NCBI GenBank assembly: GCA_038496445.1
Contig: JALMLS010000175.1
Location: forward strand, 1 to 64,000
Direction: 5' to 3'
DNA: 64,000 bases
Source: Trichosphaerium sp. ATCC 40318
Lineage: Eukaryota > Protista > Tubulinea
Within the stretch, counting starts at the first letter, position 1. Every line of letters starts with the position of its first letter. Under the pieces are notes generated by a model that did not search any database, was not told the origin of the DNA, and worked only from the letters and a program-made list of their open reading frames with translations. Made by a program: the position numbers and the translations under genes. Below are positions 26,853 through 38,100 of this stretch, one piece after another.

Positions 26853-28723
26853 ATGGGAGGCGCTGTTTCTGCCCTATCGCCTGAAAAAAAGGTAGAATTG
26901 AAAGCCAACTTCGAGGCTTATTGTAAAAAAGCCGCTCAAGAAATCGCCGACGCAGATATATGTACGCCAGTAATATACAATCGCTCGTGACGGGTTTATT
27001 TGTCTAATACTTGATTAGTTTTATTATCTACAGGCGCAGGGTTCTCCGCAGATAGCGGTTTAGCCGTTGTACGACTCCATTCGTTTTTTGTAACAGTCAA
27101 ACCACAGTTTTTTCGCCCAATTTAGCTAACCCAAACCCGAAAGTTACCGGTTTTCTTATTGCACCTAGTACAAAGATATTGCAGATATAGATGTCTACCA
27201 CGAGAGAGATTTGAGTTACCATGATATATGTATACCTGACTGGGTAAGTGTTTTATTACATGAAGCGCAATTCCGTTAAAAATGGCAGCAAAAAAAAATT
27301 CAACTTTCTGACAATTTCTTTATCTGACGTTTCCTTATAGGTTAAACATGAGCCCAACTTGTTTTATGGGTTCTGGGGTATGTGCTTTAATGACTATAGA
27401 GAGTGTAAGCCTCATGAGGGATACTATATTATAAAACGATGGAAGGAAGAGCTATTCTCAAGCAACAAAAAATGGGACGAAGTTGCAAAAGTTTATAAAT
27501 CTGTACGTCTTGTTTTTCATTTCACAGAAATGAGTTTGGTTTTTTTTGCCTAACAAGCAGAAAAGGACCTCGCAGAGGAAATGAAGGCTTTGTCTATCTC
27601 TGAAAAAGACGGAAGTGAGAGAAGTCACTTTTTAAGTGCCGTGAAACCAGAAGAAGGAAGTAAAGAAGCGGGTAATATATTTCTTTGAGATGAATCTTAC
27701 TGTGGTTTTTCACTGACAAAAAAAAATAGGACCGTTCTTTGTTTATACAAGTAATGTCGACGCTCATTCGATATACCCTGGACTTTTCGGTGTCCATGAA
27801 GTGGTTGAAATACATGGGTATGTACTGCAGGTTTCTTTGAGTTACTTGGGCTTAACATAGTGACAGGAACACTGAGACTTGGCAGTGCGCATCACATTCA
27901 CAGTGTGATTTAAAATTATGGAAAGCTCCTGCGGATTTTAAGTTTAACGTTGATAAAACTACCATGTACGCTCGTAAACAAGAAATCGAATCTGAGCATA
28001 AAGGATGGCAAAACAACCAACCAACGTACGACATTCACAGATATTTTGATATAAGTTCATTCAAACCCAATGGTGCTTAATCGTGATTTTCAGCTGCCCT
28101 GATTGTGGTGGACCTGCTAGACCTGCTATTCTTATGTTTGGAGATATGGACTATATAGCTGATAAATATGGATCACGTGCATATCATATATGGGAAAAGG
28201 TACATACAAACCAAACGTTTGAAACTAAGACTTATATAGCGTGCAACTGCTTGCGTTAACAAACTTGGTGCAAAGGCAGTTATACTTGAGGTTGGATGTG
28301 GTAACAATGTACGTTATTTCTGTGAAGCAGCAACCAAATAACAAACTACTTAAGGTTCCTTCTGTACGCTGGCATGATACTGGTCTTGCAAAGAATTATT
28401 GGGGTGTAGATAAATCAACTCTTATTCGTGTAAACCCAGATTTCCCTCTATCTGACAGTGATGAATGTCCTGTTATACCAATTATGGCTAAGGGATTAGA
28501 CACAATAAAGGAGATTGATAAACATCTAAGAGCTATCCTTGAAGCTCGAAAGAAAGCAAAAGGAGCAACAGAGGAAGTAAAAGTAGTCGAAACTGAAGAA
28601 CAAACGAAAGAAAGTGATGAAGTAAAACCTAAGGTAGACACAACGGAAGTAAAAGAAGACGAAGAAGAAGTATCAAAGGAAACCAAAGAAGAGGTTGCAA
28701 AGGAAGACGAAAAGAAAAACTGA
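26853..28723 (+). CDS. Sir2-family NAD-dependent deacylase with acidic C-terminal tail; multi-exon
   Basis: TGAGFSADSGL, TSNVDAH, EIHG, CPDCGGPARPAILMFGD, LEVGCG, LIRVNP. Confidence 0.9.
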
Positions 28724-28902
28724 TTAATCACGTATAATCGGCCTGTCAACAGACATAAAGAACTTGCTGATCTAGTATTCAATAAAATGTTATCCCTAAA
28801 AAACGACGCTCTAAAAGCCCATTTTCTCATAAAAAAGAAATGACAACCCAGCACCGTTTGATTACACGTGAACTAAAATATTTCAACCTTTTTGACTTAT
28901 TA

Positions 28903-30067
28903 TTACATTACTGAGCATGCTCCTTCTTCTTGCTTAGGATCTCCGGTATGCCAAACAACACCTAAAAGAAAATAAAAACAAAACACTTGTTACCTTCTTC
29001 AAAAAATGAGAAAAAAAACCATTGACTACATACCTTCACTCTGCGCTTCAATTGCTTTAAGAGCTGCTTCATGCTTCAATTTCAATACCTGTTCATTAAA
29101 CATTTCAACATAACCACAATTCAAGCATGTAAGAACTAGCAAAGGCGCTTCAGAGTCATCCTAACACCGAACATTAACTTTTTTTTTCAGCCAGTAAGAA
29201 AAAAAAAGAACATGTCATTCTTCTACCGCCGAGATGTCGGTTCCTTACCTCTCCTTCGATGAACTTATTCACGACACGTGTAAACATTGTCTTATGCGTT
29301 AAGAAAAGAGTTGTTTGGGCTATATCTACTTTAGTTTGTCCGCACTTGACGCATTTATAGTTTTTTCGTAAGCGGTCCAAAGGATTTTGAGCTCTGAGTC
29401 TGAATCTAGGTATAAGCCTTTCTTCCGCGTGTTTTGCGAGGCTTTCTAGTGTTACCTCTTTTCCTAAAGGAAAAATGAGTGCTGTTGATTGTGAACAAGA
29501 TTTACCTTGTTGTGCAAGCGCTATGAGCCTACAGGCGATACAAAAATCAGGGAATTGAAGCTCCTTCTGATTTTTAGTATTTGCTAGCGTCCAAATCTTT
29601 CTAGAAGTCGTCAGTACTACACCCGACGCTACATGCGTATGATATATTACCCCAGCAAGTTTTTAGGAAGACCAGAGTATGCGAGAAATTTAGCGTCCGT
29701 CTTTCAATAATTAACGTATTGTAGGTTGTATTTTAATACGTACGAATCCGACAGCGCCATCTCCGTCTTTATCTGCGAGTTTAAAAATGTTCCTGTACAC
29801 TTGCTCTTCTGTTAATCGTAGTGGTACATCTGCGAAAGCCTCGGGATCGTCTGAAGCGTCAACTGTGTCATCTTTTGACTCCATTGAAATAACTGTATCA
29901 CCCTTTGGCTCATCGGCCTCATTTGGCTCTGATGCGCTTACGTCGCTTGATTCAGGAGCGTTGGTAGCTACTGCGCTTTCTACAACTTGTTCTTCTACAG
30001 CGGTTGGTTTAGCTTCTTCTGTATCATCTTTTTGTTCTACTGGAGTGTAATCAATGTCTGTGCTCAT
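28903..30067 (-). CDS. EH-domain protein with Cys4 zinc ribbon and C-terminal CaaX; multi-exon
   Basis: FKLADKDGDGAVG..SGLPKNLLGKIWTLA..FCIACRLIALAQQG (EH domain); YKCVKCG...LTCLNCGYVEMF; ends CSVM*. Confidence 0.78.
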
Positions 30068-30262
30068 TATCCAACCGATTACAATTCGTTACAAATGCTG
30101 TGAAACAGTTTTACTTTTCTAGTCAATAGTTTTCACGTAAGCCTCGCTCACAATTCTACAACTGACCTATATCAAAGCACTCAATTACCCAATGTAAAGA
30201 GTCCACCGTACTGGTTTCTTCAACTGGATCAAATGACAAGACGGTAGAATAAGAAAAAAAAA

Positions 30263-30389
30263 GATGAGTGTCGAATTGAAGTGCAGTCCACTACCTCCAG
30301 ATTGCCCGACATCGTCGTCAGGCAGGGAGGTAGACAGAAGAATTACGTTTCGTCAGGAAATCTAAGATGACTACACCTCGTGGCTCATC
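30263..30389 (-). ncRNA. Putative novel Pol III small structured RNA, copy 2 (127 nt)
   Basis: First 47 nt identical to copy 1; same terminal helices; longer GC-rich variable hairpin; T9 terminator. Confidence 0.75.
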
Positions 30390-30413
30390 GATAGAAATAA
30401 CAACACGTGACAC

Positions 30414-30453
30414 TTTTAAACGCGAACACAAACAAAAAGAAAAAGTTGTGGTT
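30414..30453 (-). promoter_or_regulatory. Upstream promoter of ncRNA copy 2: DUSE-like AACCACAA (-64) plus TTTAAAA (-25..-31)
   Basis: Position-conserved relative to copy 1; one mismatch to the DUSE consensus. Confidence 0.6.
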
Positions 30454-30935
30454 GAAAATGTACCAAATTTCTGCCAGTTAGAAACCAGAATAGCATAACA
30501 TGCACCTCAACGTGAAAGTGTTGTCAGTTGCTACAATTAGTATGTAGAAGAAATTATCTTGATGACGTCACCGCACGACAAAAATGACTTAAGTCTTTTC
30601 GGTCTTTTGAACAACAAAGCAAAAACCGCTTACACCTTTGAAAAAAGTGCAAGGTTTCAGGCGTTTCATCACGTGTATTGCAGAAAAAGTAGTGCTGACA
30701 AAGTCAATGTTTTACTTAACAATTGATGCTGCGTAATTTGTACAAAACGACACAACCTCAAGCCGAAAAAACTAAAGTATCTTTACTTTTCCAAAACGGA
30801 AGACTGAAAGTAGGACTGTTTCGTTCCAACCCCTGTCTCATGGTGTAGATACACAATTACACGTTCTAACTAAATAAGGCAAAATAGCTGAAAATACAAA
30901 GAACGTAATACAAGAAGGTTTAAACAACAGATGTA

Positions 30936-32738
30936 TTAAAGAATATTGTTTTTTTTTGCTTTGATGATTTTGATACGTTCCATTGCATTAAATCCAAGCT
31001 CCTCTAAAATACTGCCAGTAATATCAGTCACTTTGATAACAGCTTCATTCATCAATGAGCCAAGTTCTTGTGCTCTTTCATGTGCAATACCCAACTTGAC
31101 AAGCGTTTCTTGCCATTGATCAAGTTCTTTGTTGAGCTCTTCGAATGTTGAAGTTAATACAGGAGCGAACGTAGGCTAAAAATCATCAGTAATAATTGAT
31201 ATTGGTAACTACCTTGGTGTTGTCAGAAGTAGCTTTTTCCATCCATGAATTTGTACCAATCAAAGATGAGTAAGAACCAAACTTGTTGTTCACAAGAGAG
31301 TTTTGGTTGTCATAATAATCATGCTATAATGCTGTTAGTGTATTTGCGTTAACCTGCGTAAACTGTACTACAAGATATTGCTGTTTTTCTTGAGTTAGAA
31401 TATCAGTGGATGTGTTTTGTGAATAGTTTTTTGGTTCATACTACAGCACGGTCAGACGTTGTTTCGTAGTAGCATACCTCATTATCATATTCTTCACGGT
31501 TTTGGGCTATTTCAAGCGCATCTTGCAATATATCAAGATGGTCAGGATCATCTCCAAACTTAGTGTATTGGTGATTGGGATCAAGCGCTGCTTTTGACAA
31601 GAACTTGTCTTTTGGATCTTCCTTCAATTTTACATCCATCTTGTTCAAATACTCATTGTTTTTCTTATCTCCATTGTCTGTATTGACAACATGTTTCTTC
31701 TTAGAATATGAGTATGTGCTTGAATTCATGCCACCTCTATAGCGTTTAGGTGGCTTTGGGAATCCGTCGTCATTCTGTTCTTCTATGAGCATCCGTTGCT
31801 TGTCAATAATTTGCGACTCATCTAATCTCTTTGATGGGTTATCCAATAGCTTCACTCGGCATCCTTGGTGATAATCCCAAACCTTACACTATAACCAAAT
31901 GTATTAATATTGAATAGGTACTAACACAACACACCTTTTCCTTGTCTAACATAAACTCGGCACACATGTCAGTCAGGAAGTCTCCAATTGTTGTGGCCTT
32001 GCTAAATTGCTTGATGATAGTGTGTTCAGACTCTAAGGCACTTGACTTGTTAATGTGTAACGTCAATAGGCGCACTAGTAAATATGTTAAATAACACCAC
32101 AATTAATATGAGTCATTTGGAGCGTGACACTAACAGAAGAAAGAAAAAAAAAAGAATATGGACTGACCTTCAACTTGCACGCTATTGCGTCCATGCTTAA
32201 TTGCCCTGCGCTTTATCTCAGGGCCTCCACCATACCTTTTATCGTTAGCACGAATCAATGACTAGTATTAAATTGTAAACACAAATATTTAGCGAGCCTA
32301 CAGGCCAGACAGTCGTTTTGAGACGTCTGTGGCGTGTTAGGAATAACCTTTGTGTTTGCCTAACTAAAAATACTAACCAGCTATGCAACGTTTGCCATAT
32401 CTCCTCTGAGACAATAAAATAGTGGTAAGACTCTGTTGCAGTGCGCATTACAACATTATATGGATTATTCGGCTCAAGAATAGACGAATTATCAATTGCA
32501 GGCGGTGGCTCGTCTGTATCGCAATGAGACCATATTTCATACTCAACATAATCCTTGTAAATTGGATAAATAAAAAAACCGCTATAGCTATGTTTAACAC
32601 CTTCCACTGTTTAAACCACTTGGCAGTGATAAGATAATAGCTTTTTCTAATGCTGAGAGGTGCCTCTTCTTCCTCTAGCTGTTTAATGATAACCTTTTGC
32701 TCCTCCTTCTCCGGTACAGGCTGAGCGCCCTGATACAT
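30936..32738 (-). CDS. DUSP-UBL protein (USP4/15-like N-terminus) with C-terminal SAM-like domain and no USP catalytic domain; multi-exon
   Basis: YYLITAKWFKQWKDYV, PPPAIDNSSIL, VSEEIWQTLHSWYGGGPEIKR, FSKATTI..VWDYH; ends LEELGFNAMERIKIIKA. Confidence 0.75.
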
Positions 32739-32819
32739 TCTAAATTTCGTCGACCGAGTCGAAATACGAATTGAGCAGATGTTACTTCCCACAAACAACA
32801 AAAAATCTGCAGTTCAAGA

Positions 32820-32990
32820 TTTTGTGCACTGGGTGGGTTCTTTTTTCGTCGTCACATCGATCCACGTGAAAACACTCGCTCTACAGTTGCAGAGCTAGCA
32901 GGCACACATAAGTACACCTTGGCTACTTTACGGATGGTAGGGAAACATAAGGTTTTCCAACAAATATGAACTAAAATCCTGTTTTCGATT
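32820..32990 (-). mobile_element. Degenerate hAT transposase C-terminal dimerisation-domain fragment
   Basis: Minus-strand translation WKTLCFPTIRKVAKVYLCVPASSATVERVFS, then an early stop. Confidence 0.75.
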
Positions 32991-33643
32991 TGGATCCATG
33001 TAATGTCAACATTAGCCAGCCCCGAAAGCACCTAAAGTATTCATTAGTTCAATTCAACGTTTTACAAAAAACACATACTGCTTCATAGTATCTGCACTTT
33101 GTTTAATTTTAATTTGTTTGCTAGCTCCTCGTACTTGATCTTTGTAGGTATTGTTCAAGATTACCATGCCCTGCACTTCCTAATGCGGACTCAAAACGCG
33201 AAGCGACAAGACCCAATTTTAAATGTATATTGTTCTGCTGATTTATCCTGTAGCAACGATTAACTAAGCCAATACAGCGAACAGCTTAAAAAGGATGTGA
33301 CATTTACAAAAAAGCGAAAATATTTGCTACCCGCTGGGCGCATTAACTTTGTACGAAAGGCACGTGACAAGCTACGCACCATGAATCTTCAATAAAATAA
33401 AAGGTAGAACGGCAATTGGTTTAGTGGTATCAACTGATTTAGGTTGTGGTACATGATTAAGTACTGGAAAGAACAGTACAAAAAAAAAAACTGAAAACGT
33501 GATGTGTTGTTTATTTGTTTAATGAATACCTATAACCTTGTTACTAATTGTTTCACTTCTTGCTTTGAACACTCGCAACACAGTGTTATTTGGCCGCATT
33601 GGAGCGGTATAAAAGATATTTGGAACTTCCATGCTCCCCAACC

Positions 33644-34855
33644 TTAAATTATTACTGTAGCACCATCAAAACCTTGAATGTCACTTCCTTTTATGTGCTG
33701 ACAACCAAATAGCATAATCATATTTACACCTGTTAATGCATTAATTCCATCGATAGTAATAAAATCACAATGGCTTAAATCAATTGTATGAACACCAGCC
33801 AACGCTTTAATACCATCATCTGTTACACGAGTATTACTTAAATCAACTGTATGTGCTCCTGCCAAAGCCTTAACACCAACATCTGTGATATTTACACAAT
33901 AACGTAAATCAATGGTATGAACCCCAGCTAGTGCTTTAACACCTTCATCTGTGATTCCCTCACAATGACATAACCTAATTGAATGAACTCCAGTCAACGC
34001 TTTTATACCATCATCTGTTATATAACTACAACAGCTTAGACTTATTTCTTGAACTCCAGCCAATGCTTTTACACCAACATCTGTGATGCCATCACGACAA
34101 AATGTTAAATCAATGGAATGAACTCCTGCCAATGGTATAATACCTTTATCTGTGATTTGGTTGCAATGACTTAAACAAATTACTTCAACTCCAGCTAGCT
34201 CTTTAATACCATCATCTGTAACATTCTTACAATCACTAAGATCAATGATATGAACTCCAGCAAGTGCTTTAACACCTTCATCTGTGACATCACAATAGCT
34301 TAACTTAATTGAGTAAACTCCAGCCAATGCTTTAATCCCATCATCTGTCACATGTTCACAAAAGCTTAAGTCTATGGTATGAACACCAGCTAACGCTTTG
34401 ACACCAATATCTGTTATGTTGGTATCAAATAACGTTATCTTTTGTATGCCAGCAAGTTGCATAAGATGATCATCTGTCAGTTTCTTTCCACGTCCAAAGT
34501 CAATACTGTTAACAATGTTAAAGTCTGTAAAATCAATATCTGAGGACATTTTCGGTATGAAGAGTTCATACACTCCCTGTAGGTATTTCAAGTGCTTTTG
34601 CTTTAGACAAAACCATAGACTGAGTTTGTTGGACTTGATGAGCTGTGGCGCTGTTTTATACAGTTTTTTCAGCTTCTTTTTAGATTTAATGATAATAAGT
34701 CGTATATCTTTGTATCCCAAGTGCTGTATTGCGATATTAGCCAATATTTTAGATGTATGCACTACTGAGTGCAAAGAAAACAATGAAACGTATTGTAGGA
34801 TATGAACAATAAGTTCAACAGGAATTTCATCAAAGAAAGACGTGTTTTGGTTCAT
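33644..34855 (-). CDS. F-box + leucine-rich repeat protein, intronless (paralog of 19335-20471)
   Basis: FFDEIPVELIVHILQY F-box motif; ~12 GVHTIDLS..ITDxGVKALA repeats. Confidence 0.9.
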   Translation of the reverse strand: MNQNTSFFDEIPVELIVHILQYVSLFSLHSVVHTSKILANIAIQHLGYKDIRLIIIKSKKKLKKLYKTAPQLIKSNKLSLWFCLKQKHLKYLQGVYELFIPKMSSDIDFTDFNIVNSIDFGRGKKLTDDHLMQLAGIQKITLFDTNITDIGVKALAGVHTIDLSFCEHVTDDGIKALAGVYSIKLSYCDVTDEGVKALAGVHIIDLSDCKNVTDDGIKELAGVEVICLSHCNQITDKGIIPLAGVHSIDLTFCRDGITDVGVKALAGVQEISLSCCSYITDDGIKALTGVHSIRLCHCEGITDEGVKALAGVHTIDLRYCVNITDVGVKALAGAHTVDLSNTRVTDDGIKALAGVHTIDLSHCDFITIDGINALTGVNMIMLFGCQHIKGSDIQGFDGATVII

Positions 34856-35182
34856 TGGCGTACTCCACGGAACTAAAGAATTTTGCGCACGATATCACGA
34901 CTCTTTTTGACTGCAAATGTAATGAACGTTGACTGGTTTTTAGCCCTTTTAAACAATGGCTTATAAAAGACGAAACGAAGCTCAAACTTGTTGAGATATC
35001 TTGTAGTGAGTTCATGCAATGACAACCCCAACCCAACACATGGAGTTTCCGATAGTAGGTGCAGTAAGCTTTATGTACGAGGTGTGTTAAAGTTGTAATA
35101 CTGAAGGAAAAGTCTTTTTCCTGTTTGTTTTAATATTTATCACATCACGTGTTTGTTTTCTCAAGTAACTTATATTTATTAC

Positions 35183-38100
35183 TCACTTTTCAGGTGGTTC
35201 AAGTTCACGCGACTTTTTAAAGGCAGAAGAATCATCCAGCACACTAAAAACACATAAGATTAATACAAGAACAAAATGAGAAAAAATAAAAAATTGAGTT
35301 ACTTTGTGCCTCAAATGTGATTAAACGCGTAAAATAGTGAACGTACTTAGGGTCTTCTATGTATTCTATAATAGGTTTATGCTCGAGTAAATTATAAGGG
35401 CATTGTTGGTACAACAGTAACTTTTCTAAAATTTCAGCCAATTTCTCACGTTTGTGGAAATTAATCTTTCCTGTTGGTGTTTTGTTCGGTGCACCTATTT
35501 TGAAAGATAGCTTAGTACCAAAGTACTCGTTGAGAACATTTTTATATTTCACATACCTTCATCCAGTTTCGTTAAATCAGTCAAGAGAATGCCTAAAAAG
35601 TTGAGTCAGTTTGTTTTTTGTATTTTGTTTTTTGTCTTTGTTTCACCTGTAAATGGAATAAGAGGTGGATTGCCATTTGCTACTTCTTTTCTTAGATTAG
35701 CATAATTATGGCCAATAGATAATGATTCAGCTTTCAATGTTTGAAGCTCCATCAATCGAGTTTTATTCACTTTCTAAAATACAATTTAGTATTAAAAACT
35801 CCATTCGTATCACAACAGTATTCGTGTACTTACCGACCACGTCCTTTTCAAACGATCAACAGCTGAATTAGCGAAAGCTGCAACAAGTTGCATTGCTCCT
35901 TCGAAATTATTAAGCCTATGTAGCTCCTATTTGCTGTCAGAAGAAACCGAAAAAAATAAGAAAAAGCAACGTACTTTGGCGACAACAATGAAGTTATCAA
36001 TGACCTTAGACAGGAAAATAAGATTCAGGCGCGAGGTTTCTGTTCTATATTAAATAATACATACCTTGGCTCGCTTTGTGTATTTATTAGACTTCAAAAT
36101 TTCTGTTATTGTCCATGCTGATATGTGATTAGAAAAAGCAATCATCTTTATCAAGTTTGGACTATTTTTCTCTTTTCCTTTCTTTGAGAAAGCCAAACCC
36201 ATGCATTCTTTAACTTGAATAGCCTAATCATTGAACATAAATAAAGACATGATACTGACACTAACAGAAACGAAAAAAAAAAACGTGACTTGCCTTGAAC
36301 AGCTCAAAAAATTTGAATGTAATTTGTCTTGCAATCTCAAACGGATGTATGTCTCCAGCTTTTGATATCACTCTGTGCTTTGGTACTAGAATTGCTGGCG
36401 GTGGTTTTGCAAACTTTGGTATATACTTTGCTTTAGTATTGTTAAGCTACAAACAAAATCAATTAAGGGTGTTTGTTACTTCAGATGTAAGTTCAAACGA
36501 GAAACTATTGCTCTTTTGTCTTGTGTAACTCTACCTTATTGTTTAACGTCGATGAAATTCTATCATACAGTTTTGTGCCATCGCAAGATTTAACATGTAC
36601 AAAGAAGGCCTTTATCTTTGACACAAGTTGTACATCAGACTGGAAAAAAATATGTTAGTGAAGAGTAATACGAAAGACCAAAAAAAAAAGTTGTTTCAAA
36701 GGTTTTTTTTTATCACGTGCTTCGAAATCAAAGAAATATCGAGACATCCACCGATTGATAAAACTGATTATTCTCAAACGATACACTTTATCCAAGCTTA
36801 CACTTGACGTTCTAAAACATTGTAAGAAAGAAAAAATACTCAATTGAGTTCACGTACGCCCTGGTGTTATCCAGATTTGCAAATTCAAGGTATTTATCTT
36901 GTAGTATCTCGATAAGACGATGAGGTGTTGTAAAAGTACGATACGTCAATAAAAACACAGTAGTGTATCGCTCTAAACAGATGGAATTTAAAATTGACAT
37001 ATTGTGTTTTAAAGCTAACAAGACATACGTGCTGCAGTGCCATCATAAAGGTTATCAATAAGTTTCTCTACAGAACCCTCAAGTACTGATTTTGTACCGC
37101 TAACAGGTGTTGCTGAAACGTTCTCCAAAGGTTTGACAAAAAGCCTGGAAGGTGTTTAGTTCTTTTATGGAAGAATGAATTTTTACTGTGGATAAGCTTC
37201 AATGAGATCTTCCAAGGTATTATACTGATCCTCTCCAACACCGAAATGTTCAATACCTGAGAATAGAGTTAGTTAGATACCACGTCATGTGGAATAGATC
37301 ACCTTTTTCATTGCCCCTTTGAATGCGTATATGCTCTATGCCACCCTTCGAAGTATATGAAAGAGTAACACTTCCAGGCGACCGACTGAAGCGCAACAAG
37401 TAAGTTCCCTTGTTTAAACAGTAAATAACTAACGTTTGAATGTAATCATAGTAATATCGCGTACCACTGGTTGTGCTTTCAGTAAATCATCGGCCTGCTC
37501 TTTTGAAATATCACCGTAAAACCATCTTTAAAGTAAAATGAGCGAGAAATTGTTTACTTGACTTTTTACAAAAACTTACTTTTTCTTATGCATTTCACCA
37601 GCATATGGGAATACGAAGAAATGATTATTTGCTGCAATAAGATCCTTGATAGAGCTATAGCATTTTATCCTTGAAAAATCACGTGTTAATACACGTGACA
37701 AATAATCTTCAAAAGAAAAAACAGTTAAAATAAAATTACCCATCATATTCTTGAATCTTCAAGCCTTCAGGTGAATGCCATATCCTGGATGCCTTTGGGT
37801 TCAAAGACCCATCCTCCTGCTCATAAACAAAATTCACAGCGAAATTTCCAGGCTTCGACTCACTGAATCGTACAACGAAAGTACCAGCACGTTCTAAACG
37901 CCAAAAAATCAATAATCCGTTATTTCTTCAAAAAGAGGAACTACCTATTTCTAATAATTTTGCCGCTTCATCATTCGATAAAAATCCATGAAACCATTGA
38001 GCCTGTAGAGTTTGACGAACCTATTCGCGTTGTTAATAAGTATATGTAGTCTCTTGGTTATGTTTAGATACTTACCTTGATTATACACTCGCCTATAGGA

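Noticed and set aside
25252-30472. The two repeats as LTRs of a 5-kb mobile element
   Set aside because: No TG..CA ends or TSD. The enclosed genes are ordinary intron-containing GST, sirtuin and EH genes with no gag/pol.
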